Positions 17,168 through 21,052 of a stretch of DNA of 21,052 nt are shown here, piece by piece. The stretch is from NCBI GenBank assembly GCA_046757165.1, contig JBHHXT010000072.1, positions 1 to 21,052 of the forward strand, given 5' to 3'. The notes below the pieces were generated by a model. The model had not been told where the DNA came from and did no database searches. It saw only the letters and a program-made list of their open reading frames with translations. The translations under genes and the position numbers were made by a program. This DNA is from a bacterium. Its GTDB lineage: Bacteria; Zhuqueibacterota; Zhuqueibacteria; Oceanimicrobiales; Oceanimicrobiaceae. Each line of letters starts with the position of its first letter. Positions within the stretch are counted from its first letter, which is position 1.

Positions 17168-18070
17168 ATGTTGGTTGTTAGAATGATGAGCTGGACCATC
17201 TGGTTTCCGCTCTTTGCTGCTGCCCTGCTTGTGGTCACAGGCTGCGAGGAGAATCCCGTCGGCGGCGATGAGGGGATCTCCGGGGCGAACCGCCAGATCA
17301 CCGGCACCGTGCGATTTGATACCAATATCGAGCCTGCGAATGTCTATGTCTGGTTGGACGGGTTCGACCTCAACACCCGAACCGACCGCACCGGCAAGTT
17401 TGAATTGGTGCTGCCGCCGTCCGCTGCCCAGGGGAGGAGCGGGATCACCGGTGCTTTCAACCTCTATTATTACATGGGAAACTACACCTTTGCTTCGACA
17501 GAAGTGGTCACTAAAGATGGCGAGTTTGTCTACGACACCGAGGAAATCAGCGCCGACGGCCAGCTTCGTGAGGCTGTGCTGTTGTTTCAGAGGCTGAGGA
17601 TCAGGACCGCAGTGCGTCCCGGTTCGGTTTCGCGCTCCGCCATCACTGTCACAGGTGGAAAGTCCGATTTTGTCATGGCCGTGGATGTCACGCTGCAGGC
17701 TGCTCGGAATGATACGGTTATTGTCTTCTTTCCGGCGACTGTGGAGAGTCGCACCGGACCCTTGTTGTTTCGGAATACCGCTACCGATCAGGTCACCGTG
17801 CTCAATTCGATAGTGGCAGAACAGGTCACCAGTGCTCTGGACACGGTCACGGCGGCTCAGAAGGTGCGCACCATGGAAATCAATTTGTTTCCGGACGATC
17901 TCGGCGTCGGCGAGTATGAAATCATCCCCTACCTGCTGGTCGATGATGTTGAGTTGCCGGCCGGCTTGCGAGACGAGCTTGGCCTGGACGTTCTTCTTCC
18001 CGGCGCACCCTACCTGAAGATTCCCTTTGTGCGCGATGGCGATCAACGCGTCTTCACCGTGGATGAGTAG
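17168..18070 (+). CDS. Hypothetical lipoprotein (paralog B)
   Basis: Signal peptide with lipobox VTGC. Shares VYVWLxGFDLxTRTD, LYYY, QRLRI, ITVTGG, VDVTLQA, FPDDLxVGEYExIPYL and YLxIPFxR with the upstream gene. Confidence 0.85.
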   Translation: MLVVRMMSWTIWFPLFAAALLVVTGCEENPVGGDEGISGANRQITGTVRFDTNIEPANVYVWLDGFDLNTRTDRTGKFELVLPPSAAQGRSGITGAFNLYYYMGNYTFASTEVVTKDGEFVYDTEEISADGQLREAVLLFQRLRIRTAVRPGSVSRSAITVTGGKSDFVMAVDVTLQAARNDTVIVFFPATVESRTGPLLFRNTATDQVTVLNSIVAEQVTSALDTVTAAQKVRTMEINLFPDDLGVGEYEIIPYLLVDDVELPAGLRDELGLDVLLPGAPYLKIPFVRDGDQRVFTVDE

Positions 18071-18105
18071 TCCATGAGTTGTAAAGTCTTGACGCTTTTT
18101 GGCAA

Positions 18106-18148
18106 GCCCCGACTGTCCTCATTGTATGCCTATGATGACTGTCGGGGC
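18106..18148. repeat. Imperfect hairpin downstream of lipoprotein pair
   Basis: GCCCCGAC/GTCGGGGC outer stem plus GTC/GAC and TCAT/ATGA inner pairs. No U-tract. Confidence 0.5.
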
Positions 18149-18156
18149 AAGACTTG

Positions 18157-18202
18157 AAATCACAAACCGCAAAAGCCAAATAACAAACAAAACCCAATAC
18201 CC
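18157..18202 (+). repeat. Degenerate heptamer tandem array
   Basis: AAATCAC AAACCGC AAAAGCC AAATAAC (AAAC) AAAACCC AATACCC. Confidence 0.6.
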
Positions 18203-18325
18203 AATTGGGCCACGCTCTCGAGCCTGTTTCAAGCCCTGCCATGCTGCACCAGCTTACGATAGTTTCTCTTGCTTATCAGCGTGAGTTTATTATCTTTCTT
18301 CAGGTGTGTCCGGTTGGGCACCGTC

Positions 18326-18497
18326 ATGGGGCTGTCCAAAAAGGTTCCTCGTGCCTGTCATTTCGAGCGAAGCGAGAAATCTGTTCGTGCAAGGACTTCG
18401 ATGTAAGTAGTTGTTTTCGTGAGTCCTACGATTGGTGGCTTGTCAGATTCATCCCTTCGGTCGGAATGACATTTCTGGTCTTTTTGGACAGCCCCAT
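18326..18497. mobile_element. 172-bp MITE-like element with perfect 18-bp terminal inverted repeats and an internal REP-like pair
   Basis: ATGGGGCTGTCCAAAAAG (18326-18343) and CTTTTTGGACAGCCCCAT (18480-18497) are exact reverse complements. Internal TGTCATTTCGAGCGAAGCGAGAAATCT (18356-18382) and AGATTCATCCCTTCGGTCGGAATGACA (18445-18471) have complementary ends. No transposase. Confidence 0.7.
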
Positions 18498-18516
18498 CCG
18501 TAACTGGCTGGTGTTG

Positions 18517-18544
18517 CTGGATTCCTGCGAAAGCAGGAATGACA
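18517..18544. repeat. REP-like palindrome CTGGATTCCTGC-GAAA-GCAGGAATGACA
   Basis: ATTCCTGC/GCAGGAAT 8-bp stem with a GNRA loop. Its GGAATGACA end is shared with the repeat at 18445-18471. Confidence 0.7.
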
Positions 18545-18644
18545 AATCTGGGATCTTATTGGACTTTCTGGATAGGCCCCGGGCTCGGTCTTGATTTGCT
18601 TGATCTCATTCTTAGTGTGATGTCCTTGGAATTGGTTTGCTGAC

Positions 18645-19604
18645 ATGCCGTCGCTCAGATGCACACAGAAGACCGATTTGGAACAGATCAATTTGATTCT
18701 TTCCAAATCTTTTACGCATGCCAGACAGAAGGAGGGGGCTGCCCGCTCGCGTGTCCCGCTCTGCCGGCCGGAATTTCTGCAGATGTATCTGGCAGCCAAT
18801 CCTGGAGGCTCTTTTGTCCTCGAGAAAGAGCACAGAATTATCGCCTACTGTTTCTCCCGTCTTTGGGGCAAGGTCGGCTGGATTGGCCCCCTGAGCGTGT
18901 TGCCCGCCGAACAGGGGCAGGGTCTGGGCAAGCGAATCGTGCTGGCCGCCGTCGAGCATCTCATCGGGCAGGGCGCCACGACCATCGGCCTCGAGCTCGC
19001 GGCCGAGTCGAACAAGAATCTGGCCTTCTATACCAGGCTGGGGTTTATCCCGCAGATGCTGACGGTTGATCTGATTCGGGATGTGCCGCAATGCACCGAG
19101 ACCGTTCCCTCAGAGTGGGAGATCTCGAGATATACAGCCACCTCTGCCGAAGGGCGGGTCAGATTTCTGCGGGCTGCACAGGCGCTTGCGACAGATGTGC
19201 AACCGGGGCTTGACTATCGCACGGAGATGGACCTGACGGAGAAGTTTCGTTTCGGTGACGCTCTGCTCGTGGAAAGGTCGGGCCGTGCGCTGGCTTTTGT
19301 TTTGGCGCACACGGAAACCTATTCCCAGGAGGAAGAGCGTCTTTTCCTGAAGGTCAACGCGCTCCAGTTGGCGCCGCGGGAAGACATGAGAACGCTCGAT
19401 GCTCTTATACGACTTGTCAGCAATTGGGCCTCCGAAGTGGGCCTGCGAGGGATTTATCTGCGGGCGTACACGAGATATTTCGCCGCTTACAAGTGGCTGC
19501 TATCGAAAGGATTCAGGGCGGTACATAATGAACTAAGAATGACCCTGGACGGGTACGATCAGCTTGACGACCCGACGGCGGTAAACTTTAATAAGTGGGA
19601 ATAA
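18645..19604 (+). CDS. GNAT family N-acetyltransferase (N-terminal GNAT plus degenerate C-terminal GNAT-like domain)
   Basis: Acetyl-CoA motif A in WIGPLSVLPAEQGQGLGKRIV and motif B NLAFYTRLGF. A second YKWLLSKGF motif lies near the C-terminus. Confidence 0.88.
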   Translation: MPSLRCTQKTDLEQINLILSKSFTHARQKEGAARSRVPLCRPEFLQMYLAANPGGSFVLEKEHRIIAYCFSRLWGKVGWIGPLSVLPAEQGQGLGKRIVLAAVEHLIGQGATTIGLELAAESNKNLAFYTRLGFIPQMLTVDLIRDVPQCTETVPSEWEISRYTATSAEGRVRFLRAAQALATDVQPGLDYRTEMDLTEKFRFGDALLVERSGRALAFVLAHTETYSQEEERLFLKVNALQLAPREDMRTLDALIRLVSNWASEVGLRGIYLRAYTRYFAAYKWLLSKGFRAVHNELRMTLDGYDQLDDPTAVNFNKWE

Positions 19605-19701
19605 TTAATTAGAAATTTCACTTGTTTTATTACATGAATCTTTTATATTTGAATTTGATCAGTTTCCGGAATCCCTCCAGATTATTGCACCTGTTCTTTG
19701 T

Positions 19702-20607
19702 GTGATGTCCTTTGAAGGAATCTATTGCCCTGTTGTAACAACCTTTAAGACGAACCGGTTCGATAGCGCAGCATTCGGTTCGAATATCGAAAAATTACTC
19801 TCGTGCGGCCTGGCCGGATTTGTGATTCTGGGTTCAACTGGAGAGTCTGTCACCCTTTCTATGGATGAGAAGGCAGAGATTGTCCGACTTGCGCGTAGAT
19901 GTGTTCCGACGGAGAGCGGGTTCATTGTTGGCACGGGCGCGGAAGCAACGGAGAAGGCCATCGAGCTGACCAACCGGGCAGCCGAATGGGGGGCGGATTA
20001 TGCCCTGGTCATTACACCAGGCTATTTCAAAAGTCATCTCAGCAGTCTTGCGTACTCAGAGCATTTTCAGCAGATTGCGGACCGATCCCCGATTCCGATT
20101 ATCATCTACAATGTTCCAAAGTTTACGGGACTGGATCTGGATGTTTCTGTTATTTCGGAATTGTCCACGCATCGGAATATCTGCGGGATCAAAGACAGTA
20201 CCTCGAACGTGACCAAACTACATGAATTGATGCCATGTTGCTCAGAGACGTTCAGCATTTTGATTGGCAACGCAGGGATGCTGTGGGTCGGTCTGCTGCT
20301 GGGTGCTCAGGGCGCAATCCTGGCGCTGAGCAATTTTGCTGGCAAAGCGTGCGTGGAGATATTTGACTTGCTCAGAGAACAGAAGCATGAGGCGGCGCAG
20401 CTTCGGTTTTTGAAAATACTGCCGGTGGCAAAGAGAATCGTCGGTCAATACGGCATCCCTGCAATCAAGGCAGCCATGGATATGGTTGGGTATCACGGCG
20501 GGGAGCCAAGAAGGCCCTTGCTGCCTGCAGACCAAGAGACAACCGTCGAAATTGCAGCTCTTCTACGACAAGCTGAACTGATTCAAAAATATCAAATGCG
20601 AGGTTAA
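19702..20607 (+). CDS. Dihydrodipicolinate synthase/N-acetylneuraminate lyase (DapA) family aldolase, probably not canonical DHDPS
   Basis: GSTGE motif, IIIYNVP catalytic Tyr, GIKDS Schiff-base Lys and PRRPL tail. Start is GTG 19702 or ATG 19705. Confidence 0.9.
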   Translation: MMSFEGIYCPVVTTFKTNRFDSAAFGSNIEKLLSCGLAGFVILGSTGESVTLSMDEKAEIVRLARRCVPTESGFIVGTGAEATEKAIELTNRAAEWGADYALVITPGYFKSHLSSLAYSEHFQQIADRSPIPIIIYNVPKFTGLDLDVSVISELSTHRNICGIKDSTSNVTKLHELMPCCSETFSILIGNAGMLWVGLLLGAQGAILALSNFAGKACVEIFDLLREQKHEAAQLRFLKILPVAKRIVGQYGIPAIKAAMDMVGYHGGEPRRPLLPADQETTVEIAALLRQAELIQKYQMRG

Positions 20608-20613
20608 TCATTT

Positions 20614-20958
20614 ATGATCAAGATTAAGGAAAAGATGGTCGGAGATGTTGCGATTTGCACAATTGAAGGCAAGCTGTCCGGAATCGAGGGAAAAGGCCAG
20701 ATCCAGGAAAGAATTCGGGAGCTCATGGGCAAAGACATCACCAAAATCATTCTGGATTTGTCAAAAGTCAGTTGGATAGACAGCACCGGTCTGGGCGAGC
20801 TCATCGCTTCCCTCTCCTCGATCAAGAAAAAAGATGGCAATATGGTGCTCACCAACTTGCAAGCGCCGGTTCAAAGCCTGCTCAAGATGACCAACCTGAC
20901 ACAGATTTTCGATGCGTTCGAGGGTGTGGAGGATGCGCTGCGCGAGTTTGCGAAGTGA
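20614..20958 (+). CDS. STAS-domain anti-sigma factor antagonist (RsbV/SpoIIAA-like)
   Basis: IILDLSKVSWIDSTGLGEL with the phosphorylatable Ser. 114 aa, 6 bp after the aldolase stop. Confidence 0.92.
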   Translation: MIKIKEKMVGDVAICTIEGKLSGIEGKGQIQERIRELMGKDITKIILDLSKVSWIDSTGLGELIASLSSIKKKDGNMVLTNLQAPVQSLLKMTNLTQIFDAFEGVEDALREFAK

Positions 20959-21052
20959 TCATCGGATAGGCTTCGGTGTAAGTTCAACGACTAAGATAGT
21001 GAGACAGTTTGCCCCTACATCCAGAAGTTAGAAAAGATCTAGTTGCGATAGA

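Noticed and set aside
18205..18594. 129-aa ORF in the repeat-rich intergenic region
   Set aside because: It reads through MITE/REP palindromes, has no SD and shows no transposase or nuclease motifs.
18588..18596. GTCTTGATT half-site of the 22-bp palindrome upstream of the GNAT gene
   Set aside because: Only 9 bp match and the second half-site is absent, so it cannot be distinguished from chance.
19702..20607. Gene symbol dapA
   Set aside because: The DHDPS Arg138 equivalent is absent and no lysine-pathway genes are adjacent.

Overview
All supported genes are on the + strand, with standard genetic code. The gene content looks like an FCB-group bacterium outside Bacteroidota (KSB1/Calditrichota-like; inference). 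From left to right: (1) about 500 bp of non-coding DNA rich in palindromes and short repeats, then a stand-alone response-regulator receiver. (2) An outer-membrane operon: DUF4397-like lipoprotein, 1048-aa TonB-dependent receptor, 1136-aa secreted protein with a T9SS type-A/FlgD-like C-terminal domain, and a PorV/PorQ-family beta-barrel, closed by a strong intrinsic terminator. (3) A membrane-anchored AraC regulator that may be N-terminally truncated. (4) A GWxTD-domain protein, a lipoprotein, a second TonB-dependent receptor and two paralogous lipoproteins. (5) A 570-bp intergenic patchwork of MITE/REP-like palindromes and heptamer repeats. (6) A GNAT acetyltransferase, a non-canonical DapA-family aldolase and a STAS anti-anti-sigma factor. 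The most notable non-coding signal is a 22-bp perfect palindrome, GTCTTGATTCATGAATCAAGAC (502-523). It recurs with 2 mismatches at 9985-10006, so the two copies bracket the receiver plus TBDR/cargo/PorV operon, and each sits upstream of a regulator gene. No rRNA, tRNA, CRISPR array or intact transposase was seen.
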